Origin: Dehalococcoidia bacterium
GTDB lineage: Bacteria; Chloroflexota; Dehalococcoidia; Bin125
DNA length: 64,000 nt
Reading direction: 5' to 3'
NCBI GenBank assembly: GCA_965211635.1
Contig: OZ242948.1
Location: forward strand, 1,460,653 to 1,524,652
Shown: piece after piece, positions 26,022 through 36,205 of the stretch
Layout of the letters: each line of letters opens with the position of its first letter
Numbering within the stretch: position 1 is the stretch's first letter
The notes under the pieces: model-generated
Database searches by the model: none
Told to the model about the DNA's origin: nothing
What the model saw: only the letters and a program-made list of their open reading frames with translations
Program-made: the position numbers and the translations under genes

Positions 26022-26798
26022 ATGAGTGATCGATTCGAAGGCAAGGTGGCAATCGTGACCGGCGCGGCCGGGGGCATTGGACGGGCGGCGTGTGTGCGAT
26101 TCGCGTCGGACGGCGCGAAGGTGGTCGCGGTCGATCTGGCGGGCTCTGACCTGGACGAAACCGTGGCTGCGATCTCTAACGCTGGCGGCGAGTGCATCAC
26201 GGTCGAGGCCGACGTGACGCAGGAATCGGACGTAGCCAACTACGTGGCCGAGGCGCTGTCGGCCTACGGTCGCGTTGACGCCTTCTTCAACAACGCCGGC
26301 ATCGAGGGCGTACGCTCGGCGCTGACCGAACTGGACGAAGCCGACTTCGATCGTGTGATCGCGGTCAACCTCAAGGGGGTCTGGCTGGGGATGAAGCACG
26401 TCGCGCCGGCGATCCAGCAGTCGGGCGGCGGGGCGATTGTCAACACCGCGTCGATCGCCGGTCTGTCGCCGACACCGGGCATCATCGCCTACGGCGCGTC
26501 CAAGCACGCGGTGGTCGGGATGACCAAGTCGGCCGCGCAGGAGCTCGCGCCCGACATTCGCGTCAACGCGGTCTGCCCGGGACCGATCGAGACGCGCATG
26601 ATGCGCTCGTTGGAGCGCCAGTTCGATCCGGACAATCCCGAGGCCGTCCACCAGATGTTCGCCGCATCCAATCCCATGGGTCGCTACGGCGAGCCGGAGG
26701 AAGTCGCCTCGCTGGTCACGTGGCTGTGCTCGGATGACAGCGTGTACATCAACGGAGCGGCCCACACGATCGACGGCGGCGGCAATCGGGGACGCTAG
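26022..26798 (+). CDS. SDR-family oxidoreductase
   Basis: TGAAGGIGRA Rossmann motif; NNAG; YGASK catalytic tetrad. Confidence 0.85.
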   Translation: MSDRFEGKVAIVTGAAGGIGRAACVRFASDGAKVVAVDLAGSDLDETVAAISNAGGECITVEADVTQESDVANYVAEALSAYGRVDAFFNNAGIEGVRSALTELDEADFDRVIAVNLKGVWLGMKHVAPAIQQSGGGAIVNTASIAGLSPTPGIIAYGASKHAVVGMTKSAAQELAPDIRVNAVCPGPIETRMMRSLERQFDPDNPEAVHQMFAASNPMGRYGEPEEVASLVTWLCSDDSVYINGAAHTIDGGGNRGR

Positions 26799-28051
26799 CG
26801 GTCTTGTTGCTCGCTGAGTCTGGTTCGCTGGACGATGGCGCGATCGATCAGACCATCAATGGTGGGGTCGACGTTGCGCAGAACTATGCGGGACATGAAC
26901 GCTCGCGGGCCAAGCTCCACGAATAGTCGGCCGAACACCTCGTCGGCGAAGCTGCTTGTTATGACATTTACGCCGGCGAAGTCCACGACGACCTGGCCTT
27001 GAACCCTGAGGAGGTTTCGCAGCTCTTGCCGCACTCGGGCACCCCCTCGTCTCGACCCGAGATCTCGTCCTGCATGTTGCGAGATCGCGTACAGGGTCTC
27101 GCCGATGTCCGTCTCAAATGTCCGCTCGACGTAGTCGCTCGCAATCTGGTGAGTCTCACCGTCGAATCGAAGCGCCTCTTCGAGGAGCTGACCATCGAAG
27201 CGCCCAATTGAACAGCGAACCGAGGTACCCGGAAGGGAGACTTGATCCTCGCGGATGTGCGGTTCCGGGAGACTACTGTCAGATCTGAGCACCGCCCTCA
27301 GCGAATGGACTTCGAACTCTCCGTGAGAGACGGCGGAGATTCGGCGACTGCCGTACAGACCGTTGCCCGCGTTCGACATGCGATCACGAGTACCACCTTC
27401 GGAAACAGCCTCCAACAGCGCCTGTTTTTCGTCTTCCATGGTCAGACTACCGGGAATCCCTATTCCGGCGTCTGCAACAACAAACTCGATGAATGACGGA
27501 TCTTCGGAGGCTTGAACAAATCCTCCTACTGTCGACTGAGCATGAGTAAGGACATTCTCTGTCACTTCGTTGATCGACCACTCCAGGGCCTTGAGCGTCC
27601 CGCGCCCGATGTCTCGACCTCGCAACAGAAACCGCAACAGATCATTGATCGCATCGGACATCTCCGAATGGTTCACGTATCTCCTAACAGGTACCCGATC
27701 TTGAGCCTCGCTTAACGCTGCAAACTCCTCTGGTTGAATAAAGTGCGCCCAGTTAGTACGGACAAATTTGTCATTCAGTGATGATTCAAGTGAGGATCCC
27801 GTAGCGTCGGGCAGCTTCAGATCGAACTGAGCGCCATGCTCCTCGCGATACCGGACTATCTGAGGGAGAATTGGTAACATCACCGCCTGGGTCAGGTTGG
27901 CGCAGGCGCCAAAATCTAACTGGACTCTGTCTGTTCCGCCTTCATCAATCGTCTGCCGCAAGCCTTCGAAGAGCAATCGAATTGCTTGCGTGTCCGCGAT
28001 TTCGCCCCTGGCGGTGACCGTATCGTCGGACCAGAGAATCTCGAACGACAC
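26795..28051 (-). CDS. Three-domain protein: N-terminal STAS-like, RsbW-like GHKL Ser-kinase/ATPase, C-terminal DUF4325 (STAS-like)
   Basis: E..N..H N-box (EWSINEVTENVLTHAQ) and VADAGIGIP G1-box; C-terminal VVVDFAGVNVITSSFADEVFG...RIVLRNV as in DUF4325; GC about 50-57%, well below the flanks. Confidence 0.6.
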   Translation of the reverse strand: MSFEILWSDDTVTARGEIADTQAIRLLFEGLRQTIDEGGTDRVQLDFGACANLTQAVMLPILPQIVRYREEHGAQFDLKLPDATGSSLESSLNDKFVRTNWAHFIQPEEFAALSEAQDRVPVRRYVNHSEMSDAINDLLRFLLRGRDIGRGTLKALEWSINEVTENVLTHAQSTVGGFVQASEDPSFIEFVVADAGIGIPGSLTMEDEKQALLEAVSEGGTRDRMSNAGNGLYGSRRISAVSHGEFEVHSLRAVLRSDSSLPEPHIREDQVSLPGTSVRCSIGRFDGQLLEEALRFDGETHQIASDYVERTFETDIGETLYAISQHAGRDLGSRRGGARVRQELRNLLRVQGQVVVDFAGVNVITSSFADEVFGRLFVELGPRAFMSRIVLRNVDPTIDGLIDRAIVQRTRLSEQQDR

Positions 28052-28080
28052 AGAGCACCAGATCCGAACCTCGTAAGTCG

Positions 28081-29136
<1,056 letters not shown>

Positions 29137-29185
29137 GTCGTGCCTCCTGTGGCTCTCTGTACTCAATCCTACGTGAGTGTCGACG

Positions 29186-31072
29186 TTACTCGCCGGCCAT
29201 CTTGACGATTGCCTCGGTCAGATTGCGCGCCGAGAGTGGCTGGCCGGTGACTTCGTTGTAGCCGCGGGCGTCAATCAGGAAGTTGGCTCGAATCAGCATT
29301 CGCAGCTGGCCGGTGTTGGCCTCGGGAATGAGCACCTTCTTGTAGCGCGAGACGACATCGCCGAGGTTGCGCGGGAACGGGTTGAGATACTGGAGGTGCG
29401 CATGCGCGAGTTCATGTCCGGCTTCGCGCGCGTCGTTGACAGCCGTGAACACCGCTCCGTAGGTCGAACCCCAACTGAGGACGAGCAAGTCGCCCGACTC
29501 GGGGCCGTCGACCTCGATCTCAGGGATGAAGTTGGCGATGCGTCGGATTTTCTCGCCGCGCAGGTCGGTCATGCGCTGGTGATTTTCCGGCGAGTAAGCG
29601 ACATCGCCGGTGATGTCGGACTTCTCCAGGCCGCCGATGCGGTGCTCGAGGCCCTTGGTGCCGGGCGGCACGAACATGCGCGCCAGTGTTTCAGGGTCGC
29701 GACTGTACGGCTCGAAGTCCTCGGGGCTGATGTGTTCGAGCTTGCGGTAGGGCACGTCAATCTTGTTGAGCTGGGTGATGTCCGGGACCGGCCAGGGTTC
29801 GGCGGTGTTGGCCAAGTAGGTGTCGGAAAGCAGCACGACCGGGGTAACGAATTGGAAGGCGAGTCGAACCGCCTCGAGGACCATGTAGAAGCAGTCACCC
29901 GGTGACTTTGCGGCGAGAATGCAGAGCGGGGACTCGCCGTTGCGGCCGAACATGACCTGGAGCAGATCGGTCTGCTCGGTCTTGGTGGGCATGCCGGTGG
30001 AGGGACCGGAGCGTTGCACATCGAGAACGAGCAGCGGGAGTTCTGTCATGACGGCGAGGTTGAGCGCCTCGCTCTTGAGCGCGATGCCAGGACCGGAGGT
30101 GCCGGTCACGCCGAGCCCGCCACCGTAGGCGGCGCCGATCGCGGTGCCGATGGCTGAGATTTCGTCTTCAGCCTGGAATGTGCGAACGCCGAACTCGCGC
30201 AGCGCGGCGAGTTCGACCAGCACGTCGGAGGCGGGCGTGATCGGGTAGGAGCCGTAGAACAGCTCCAGATCCGTGAGGTGGGAGGCGGTGATGAGGCCAA
30301 GGACAAGGGCCTGGTTGCCGGTGATTGTTCGGTACTCGCCTGGCGTGAGGACAGCTGGCGGGACGCGGACGTGGGCGTCGGCGATCTCGGTGGTTTCGCC
30401 GTAGGCGTGTCCGGCGAAGAGTGCACGCCGGTTGGCCTCGGCGATGTTGGGCAATCGGCCGAAGCGCTGGTCGATCCAATCGAGCGTCGGCTGCAGGTCG
30501 CGGTCGTAGAGCCAGTAGACGAGACCAAGAGCAAAGAAGTTCTTGGTCCGCTCGGCGTTCTGGGTGGTCAGGCCGAGGTCGTCAACGGCGGCGATCGCGG
30601 CGGTCGTGATCGGCGCCTTGATGATTCGATAGTCGTCGAGCGAACCGTCGGCAAGTGGATTGCTGGGGTAGTTGGCCTTCTTCAGGTTGCCGGAGGTGAA
30701 GGCGTCCTCATTGACGACGAGCAGCCCACCCTTGGTCAGAGCGGAGAGGTGAGACTTCAGCGCGGCGGGGTTCATGGCGACAAGCGTGTCGGGTTCATCG
30801 CCAGGCGTGAAGATCTGGTGCCTAGAGAACGAGATCTGGAAGCTGGAGACACCGGCGAGCGAACCGGCAGGAGCGCGGATCTCGGCGGGGAAGTCGGGCA
30901 GCGTGGAGAAATCGTTGCCGAAGATGGCTGTGGCGTCGGCAAAGCGATTGCCGGCCAACTGCATGCCGTCACCGGAGTCGCCCGCAAAGCGGACGGTGAC
31001 GCGGTCGCGTTCCTGGATCGGTGCGGCAGCGGTTTTTCCCGATCCGTTCGCCTGCGGTGAAGTGGTGGTCAT
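29186..31072 (-). CDS. korA: 2-oxoglutarate/2-oxoacid:ferredoxin oxidoreductase alpha subunit
   Basis: 628 aa KorA-type (pyruvate-flavodoxin oxidoreductase core domains); upstream partner of korB. Confidence 0.85.
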   Translation of the reverse strand: MTTTSPQANGSGKTAAAPIQERDRVTVRFAGDSGDGMQLAGNRFADATAIFGNDFSTLPDFPAEIRAPAGSLAGVSSFQISFSRHQIFTPGDEPDTLVAMNPAALKSHLSALTKGGLLVVNEDAFTSGNLKKANYPSNPLADGSLDDYRIIKAPITTAAIAAVDDLGLTTQNAERTKNFFALGLVYWLYDRDLQPTLDWIDQRFGRLPNIAEANRRALFAGHAYGETTEIADAHVRVPPAVLTPGEYRTITGNQALVLGLITASHLTDLELFYGSYPITPASDVLVELAALREFGVRTFQAEDEISAIGTAIGAAYGGGLGVTGTSGPGIALKSEALNLAVMTELPLLVLDVQRSGPSTGMPTKTEQTDLLQVMFGRNGESPLCILAAKSPGDCFYMVLEAVRLAFQFVTPVVLLSDTYLANTAEPWPVPDITQLNKIDVPYRKLEHISPEDFEPYSRDPETLARMFVPPGTKGLEHRIGGLEKSDITGDVAYSPENHQRMTDLRGEKIRRIANFIPEIEVDGPESGDLLVLSWGSTYGAVFTAVNDAREAGHELAHAHLQYLNPFPRNLGDVVSRYKKVLIPEANTGQLRMLIRANFLIDARGYNEVTGQPLSARNLTEAIVKMAGE

Positions 31073-31143
31073 TTCTCAACGGCCTCCGCGGGCGACGCGG
31101 GAATGCGATGCGCCGCCCTGTTTACTGGGGAAGGAGCCTCCAA

Positions 31144-31326
31144 ATGCGGGCAGCACAGACCGTTCCCGTCCACGACATGGTCGTGTGCGGAGTCAGGTAC
31201 GCGGCACCGGAGCACAGCATGCTGGAAGCAGGGGAATTGGCGCCGTACGGGCCGTTCATTCAGTACCCCCAGGGACATCCCCGTCACAACGGACGCTACG
31301 CCTATTGGCGCGTTATCCGCAAGTAG
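31144..31326 (+). CDS. Candidate small ORF (60 aa) with strong ribosome-binding site
   Basis: GGAAGGAG 7 nt before the ATG; MRAAQTVPVHDMVVCGVRYAAPEH...; no recognisable family. Confidence 0.3.
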   Translation: MRAAQTVPVHDMVVCGVRYAAPEHSMLEAGELAPYGPFIQYPQGHPRHNGRYAYWRVIRK

Positions 31327-31340
31327 TTTCGCGATCTCGA

Positions 31341-31481
31341 ATGAAAACGAGGAGTCTCTCCGTGGCGCCGGTGGGCGGCGCGTGCCCAAGTTGCCCGACG
31401 TGCCTGCTGCGTCGCCTGTTGAAGAGACCCGCGCGGATCGCCGAGAAGAAGTCGTTTCCGCGTTGGCAGACCCCTTCGTAG
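31341..31481 (+). CDS. Candidate small Cys-rich ORF (46 aa, or 39 aa from GTG 31362)
   Basis: GAGGAG 7 nt before the GTG at 31362; ...GGACPSCPTCLLRRLLKRP...; high-GC context makes a chance ORF possible. Confidence 0.2.
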   Translation: MKTRSLSVAPVGGACPSCPTCLLRRLLKRPARIAEKKSFPRWQTPS

Positions 31482-31754
31482 TCCCCAACCTGTCGATCCC
31501 GTCCCCGTCAATTCCGCCGAGGGCGCGAGTCCCGCTCCCATCGAACGGACGCGGATCCCAAACGAGATTCCAGGCGGGACCTGGATTGACAGAAGGGCGC
31601 GGTTGCGCAAGTTCCTCCGCGGGCGGGGACCACGCGACCAGGTAGGCGCCTCCAGGCCCCGCCTGCGCGGGGCCGAATCTGATCGAATCATGGGCAGGTC
31701 TCACTGAGGATGAAGCGGACCTGCCTCTCTTTGGGCGGGATGCCGGAGTCTGGG

Positions 31755-33290
31755 TCATTCGTAGAAGGTGTCGAGGATTGCCTGCATCTGCTCGGCGTTG
31801 CCAACCGTGGGTGTGATCAGCAACTGGGCGCTGTTGAAGTAGGAGACGGGATCGATCCGGAAGCGCTCGGCGAGGAATGCGCCGACAGCCGCCAGGAAGG
31901 ACTGAATCTCGGGGTGATCGGGGATGGCGAACAGCATGCGGCCGTCAGCAACGTGCTCAGCGACAGAACGGGTGAAGCCGAAGGTGGCCACCGGCACTCT
32001 GCGGTAGTACTGCCGCGCCGAGGTGAGTGCCTCGCGGCCGACCGATGACGAGAGTGCCAGGACGCCGTTCACGTCACCCTTGCGGATGCGGGCATAGAGC
32101 TCTTCGACCGTGGTCTCGCGGTCGGTCATGCTCCAACGTTCGACGGTTCCGTTGAAGGTCTCTTCGAGCCCGTCGCAGCGATCGTGGAGGCCCTGGTTTT
32201 CGGGCTCGTGAATGATGCAGAGGAGGCGTCCCTCGACGCCTCGAGCGTTGAACTCACGACCGGCGACTCGACCGGCCTCGAGGTCGTCCAGCGCGATGTG
32301 CAGGGCGGTGCCGACGTCGGCGGCGTCCTCGGCGCCGGAGTTGAACGAGATCACGGGCACGCCCGCAGCCAGCGCCTGTTGCACGGCCGGCTTGAGGACT
32401 GCGGGCTCGGCCAGCGTGGTGGCGATGGCGACAGCGCCGTCGGCGGCGCAGCGGCGGATGCCTTCGGCTTGTTCCTCGCCGCTGAAGTAAACCTCGTTTC
32501 GAAGGTTCATGCCCAGCGCGCCCGCAGCGGCAACCGCAGATTCAGAGGCGAGCCCCCAGAACAGGTCCGCGTCGCTGCCGTGGCTGATCACGCAGTACAG
32601 GTTTTGCGGGTCGGGCAGCAGGGGATCGATCAACTCGATCCATGAGGTCCAGGTCAATCGGCGGCCGACCGCTTCCCTGGTGACATCTACAACGTGGGCA
32701 AGCTGGATGCTGGTGGCAAACGCGCCTCCGAAGTCGCGATCATTGAGCAGCCTTGCCTGGAAGTGCTCGGCGAATGCGTCGTAGTCGGATACGGCAACGC
32801 GCTCGACCGGACCGGCGTAGCCGCTCTCGAAGCCGTCGCAGAGCGCGCCGATTCCCGGCTCGTTCAGGTCCTCGATGCAGAGGAACTTCGTGATTTCGTC
32901 GTCGGAGAGGTCCGGACGGCGGAATCGCTCGGTGTAGCGCTGTCCAATCTCAAGTCCGGACTGTGAGAGGAAGGCCGCGTAGTTGTCGGCGACTGTCTCG
33001 TAGCGGCTGTCGGTGTCGACGATCACGGGAGAGCTGTGCAGCGGAGTGCCGACTGCTGCGTGAGGAGGGAGGAATCGATACGTTGACTTGAGCGTTTCAC
33101 CCCATCGGCCGTCGTTCTCACGCTGCTGCAGCCCGGCTTCGACTCGGCCGTCACCGAGTCGCTCGAGCACGATGCGCACATCGACTGCGCCATCCGGATC
33201 GGCGGGCGTGTTGGCGACGTTGGCCCAGACCGCTCCCAGAGCGGCAACACCGACGGCGACACCGATAATCAAGAAGATGAGACTCCGCAT
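31755..33290 (-). CDS. Membrane-anchored periplasmic-binding-protein (type I, sugar-binding-like) domain protein
   Basis: N-terminal TM (LIFLIIGVAVGVAALGAVWA) then a PBP-like fold (GAEDAADVGTALHIALDDLEAGRVAGRE...); 511 aa. Confidence 0.55.
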   Translation of the reverse strand: MRSLIFLIIGVAVGVAALGAVWANVANTPADPDGAVDVRIVLERLGDGRVEAGLQQRENDGRWGETLKSTYRFLPPHAAVGTPLHSSPVIVDTDSRYETVADNYAAFLSQSGLEIGQRYTERFRRPDLSDDEITKFLCIEDLNEPGIGALCDGFESGYAGPVERVAVSDYDAFAEHFQARLLNDRDFGGAFATSIQLAHVVDVTREAVGRRLTWTSWIELIDPLLPDPQNLYCVISHGSDADLFWGLASESAVAAAGALGMNLRNEVYFSGEEQAEGIRRCAADGAVAIATTLAEPAVLKPAVQQALAAGVPVISFNSGAEDAADVGTALHIALDDLEAGRVAGREFNARGVEGRLLCIIHEPENQGLHDRCDGLEETFNGTVERWSMTDRETTVEELYARIRKGDVNGVLALSSSVGREALTSARQYYRRVPVATFGFTRSVAEHVADGRMLFAIPDHPEIQSFLAAVGAFLAERFRIDPVSYFNSAQLLITPTVGNAEQMQAILDTFYE

Positions 33291-33512
33291 TCCTCACTCC
33301 GTTCGTTACGTCGAGTGACCCGCTTCATGGCTATCGTATCGAGAGACTCTATCGAGCCGACCCTATCGGACGAATCGCCAAGAAGGGCAGGAGGTCGTGG
33401 ACGCCCAGGCGCGGCCCGACGCGCGACTGAGCGCCTATCCTGCCGTCGGCGGGTTCAACACAACGGATCAACTCACTGTCCGGCGCTGCTGGAGGATTGA
33501 GAGATTGCTGAG

Positions 33513-34319
33513 ATGGCTGGAGCTCTGGAAGGCAAGGCGGCGTTGATTACAGGCGGAGCGAGCGGAATCGGCGCGGCATGCGCAATCCGCTTCGCCGAGG
33601 AGGGCGCCAATGTGCTGCTGGCCGATCTGTTGCCGGATCGGGCGGCAGACACGGTGGCGGCGGTCGAAGCCATGGGTCGCAGAGCGGTCGTAGTCCAATG
33701 CGACACCTCGACGGAGGCGTCCAACGACGCGGCGGCGCAGGCCTGCGTAGACGAATTCGGTCGGCTGGACGTGGTTGTCGCCGCGGCTGGCATCTCAAAC
33801 GCGGAGTATGTCTCCGGCGAAGTGACCGACATCGGCGATGACCGCACCGCGTCGTTCATCACCAACCAGAACGTCGAGCACTGGGAGAAAGTCCTGGCCG
33901 TCAACCTGACCGGGGTGATGATGACCGATCGCTCCTGCGCGCGCAAGATGATCGAGCTGGGCAACGGCGGTGCGATCATCAACATCGCCTCGATCATGGC
34001 CAAGTTCCCGCAGCCCGGCGCAGGCAACTACTGCGTCTCCAAGGCCGGCGTCTGGATGCTGACCAAGGTGCTGGCCCAGGAGTTGGTGCAGGACGGGATT
34101 CGCGTGAACGCGATAGGTCCAGGATTCATCGAGACGCCGATGACGGCGGCGATCTCGGGGAGCGAAGAACTCAACCAATGGGTCTTGAGCATGACGCCGA
34201 TGCGTCGCTTCGGACAGCCGGAGGAGATTGCCAAAGTGGCGCTGTTCCTGGCCTCGGACGAGGCGTCGTACGTGACCGGCGAGATCATTCATCCGGATGG
34301 CGGCTGGTTTACCGAGTAG
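33513..34319 (+). CDS. SDR-family oxidoreductase
   Basis: ITGGASGIGAA; NAAG-like motif; YCVSK catalytic motif. Confidence 0.85.
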   Translation: MAGALEGKAALITGGASGIGAACAIRFAEEGANVLLADLLPDRAADTVAAVEAMGRRAVVVQCDTSTEASNDAAAQACVDEFGRLDVVVAAAGISNAEYVSGEVTDIGDDRTASFITNQNVEHWEKVLAVNLTGVMMTDRSCARKMIELGNGGAIINIASIMAKFPQPGAGNYCVSKAGVWMLTKVLAQELVQDGIRVNAIGPGFIETPMTAAISGSEELNQWVLSMTPMRRFGQPEEIAKVALFLASDEASYVTGEIIHPDGGWFTE

Positions 34320-34375
34320 ATCGATTTTTCCTCTCCTCCCGCGGAGCGGGGGAGATGCCGAAGGCAGAGGCCACC

Positions 34376-35557
34376 ATGTCGCTCCATAAGATTGCTTCGC
34401 AAACGATCGATGCGGCATCCGAGTCGTTGCGGGCTCTGAGTCTCGACATTCATTCACACCCTGAGGAGAACTACGAGGAAGTGCACGCGCACGGGGCGCT
34501 AACTTCCTGGTTGACCGATGCCGGGTTCGATGTGACTCCGTCGGCGTACGGGATGGAGACTGCATTCGAGGCGACGCGGGGAGTTGGCGGACCGACGATT
34601 GCGGTGCTGTCGGAGTACGACGCGCTGCCAGGGATCGGGCACGCCTGCGGTCACAACTTGATCGCTATCTCGGGCGTTGCGGCCGGACTGGCGGTGGCGG
34701 AGGCGCTGGAGCGCGAGGGCGTCGAGGGCACGGTCAAGGTGCTGGGATCGCCGGCGGAGGAAGGCGGTGGCGGCAAGATCCGGCTGATCGACGAGGGCGC
34801 ATTTGACGATGTCGGCGCGGCGATGATGATTCATCCGGGAACGGGCAACATCATCTATCCGTTCGTGCTGGCGATCGACACCTGCTTTGTCGAGTTCAGA
34901 GGCAAGAACGCGCACGCCGCGGGAGCTCCGTGGGAGGGGCGCAACGCGCTCGACGCGTTGGTGCTGGCTTATCAGGCGATCGGCTTGCTTCGCCAGCAGT
35001 CGCATCCGACTGTTCGAATTCACGGCAAGATTCACCACGGCGGCGAGAAGCCGAACATCATCCCCGACTACGCGCAGGCGGAGTTCTACGTGCGCGCGCC
35101 GTACGAGAGCCGGCTGAACGAAATGATCTCGCGGGTGGAGGACTGCTTTGCCGGAGCGGCGCAGGCGACCGGCTGCGAGTGGTCAGTCGACTGGCAGGCG
35201 GGCGAGCGCTACAGCAACATGGCCAACAACGGACCACTAGCCGAGGCCTACGGCCAACGCTGGGGCGACCTGGGTGTCAGCGCCGCCGACCTGGACGGCG
35301 GCATCCAGGGCAGCTTCGGCTCGACCGACATGGGCAACGTGTCGCACGTGGTGCCGTCGATCCATCCGATGTACTTCATCCCGCACGAGAGCGGTAATCA
35401 CACGCCGCAGTTCACCGCAGCGGCAGCGAAGGACGAGGGGCATCAGCTCACTCTGACGGCGACCAAGGCAATGGCGCACGCGGCTCTGGACTGGTTGACC
35501 GACCCGGACCTGCGAGATCGGGCGCAGGCCGACTTTGAGGCAACCCACGGCAACTGA
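34376..35557 (+). CDS. M20-family amidohydrolase/peptidase (M20D-like)
   Basis: GHACGHNL metal-binding motif; GSPAEEGGGGK; start ATG 34376 immediately after a family B repeat. Confidence 0.8.
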   Translation: MSLHKIASQTIDAASESLRALSLDIHSHPEENYEEVHAHGALTSWLTDAGFDVTPSAYGMETAFEATRGVGGPTIAVLSEYDALPGIGHACGHNLIAISGVAAGLAVAEALEREGVEGTVKVLGSPAEEGGGGKIRLIDEGAFDDVGAAMMIHPGTGNIIYPFVLAIDTCFVEFRGKNAHAAGAPWEGRNALDALVLAYQAIGLLRQQSHPTVRIHGKIHHGGEKPNIIPDYAQAEFYVRAPYESRLNEMISRVEDCFAGAAQATGCEWSVDWQAGERYSNMANNGPLAEAYGQRWGDLGVSAADLDGGIQGSFGSTDMGNVSHVVPSIHPMYFIPHESGNHTPQFTAAAAKDEGHQLTLTATKAMAHAALDWLTDPDLRDRAQADFEATHGN

Positions 35558-35568
35558 GGAGTTAACTC

Positions 35569-36195
35569 ATGCTCGACCACATTGTGCTGGCCACGCCCGA
35601 CGTGCAGGCGACTGTTGACGAAATCGCAGCGGCGACGGGGGTGCGAGCTGAGGTCGGCGGGCGATTCACACAGATGGGCGCCTACAACCACCTGCTCGCG
35701 CTGCAGGACGGCGCCTACCTGGAGATCATCGGTCCCGATCCCGAGAACGAGGGCGGGGGATCGATGCCGTTCGGCCTCGATCCCGAGTCGGGACGCGGCG
35801 CGCACATCGCCCACTGGTGCTGGAAGGGCAACGAGCAGATCGACGAGCTCGCCGCTGCGATCAAGGAGGCCGGCTACGACCTGGGTCCGGTCGTCCCGCT
35901 GGGCCGCGACCTGCCCGACGGCGGGCGTCTCGACTGGCGGCTGACGATCGGCGAGTGGCCGCCGCATCTGGGTGGGTTGATCCCCTTCCTGATCGACTGG
36001 GGCGACGCGCCGCATCCATCCACCACGGCAGTCCAGGGCGTCACGCTCGCGTCCTGGCACGGGGAGCATCCCGACCTCGACACGGTGCGTGCCGCGCATG
36101 AGGTGTTGGGCATCGAGATCGAACTGCGAGAGGCGAGCGAGCCTGCCCTCGTGGCCACCTTCCAGGGCCCCGACGGATCGATCACCTACCGATAG
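35569..36195 (+). CDS. VOC (glyoxalase/bleomycin-resistance/dioxygenase) family protein
   Basis: MLDHIVLATPDV...YLEIIGPDP; tandem paralog follows. Confidence 0.65.
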   Translation: MLDHIVLATPDVQATVDEIAAATGVRAEVGGRFTQMGAYNHLLALQDGAYLEIIGPDPENEGGGSMPFGLDPESGRGAHIAHWCWKGNEQIDELAAAIKEAGYDLGPVVPLGRDLPDGGRLDWRLTIGEWPPHLGGLIPFLIDWGDAPHPSTTAVQGVTLASWHGEHPDLDTVRAAHEVLGIEIELREASEPALVATFQGPDGSITYR

Positions 36196-36205
36196 AGAGG
36201 CCAAC

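Noticed and set aside
31069-31758. ORF 31069-31758 (minus, 229 aa) and ORF 30774-31481 (plus, 235 aa)
   Set aside because: Low-complexity Ser/Arg/Pro/Gly-rich translations with no ribosome-binding site. The plus ORF overlaps korA antisense. Only the short strong-RBS sub-ORFs were kept as low-confidence candidates.
34178-34375. Recurrent MPKAEGG... peptide at ORF starts (also in ORFs at 38494, 57883 and 62427)
   Set aside because: It is the translation of the family B repeat (GGGAGATGCCGAAGGCAGAGGGGGGCTCCCC). The true starts lie downstream at 34376 and 39426.
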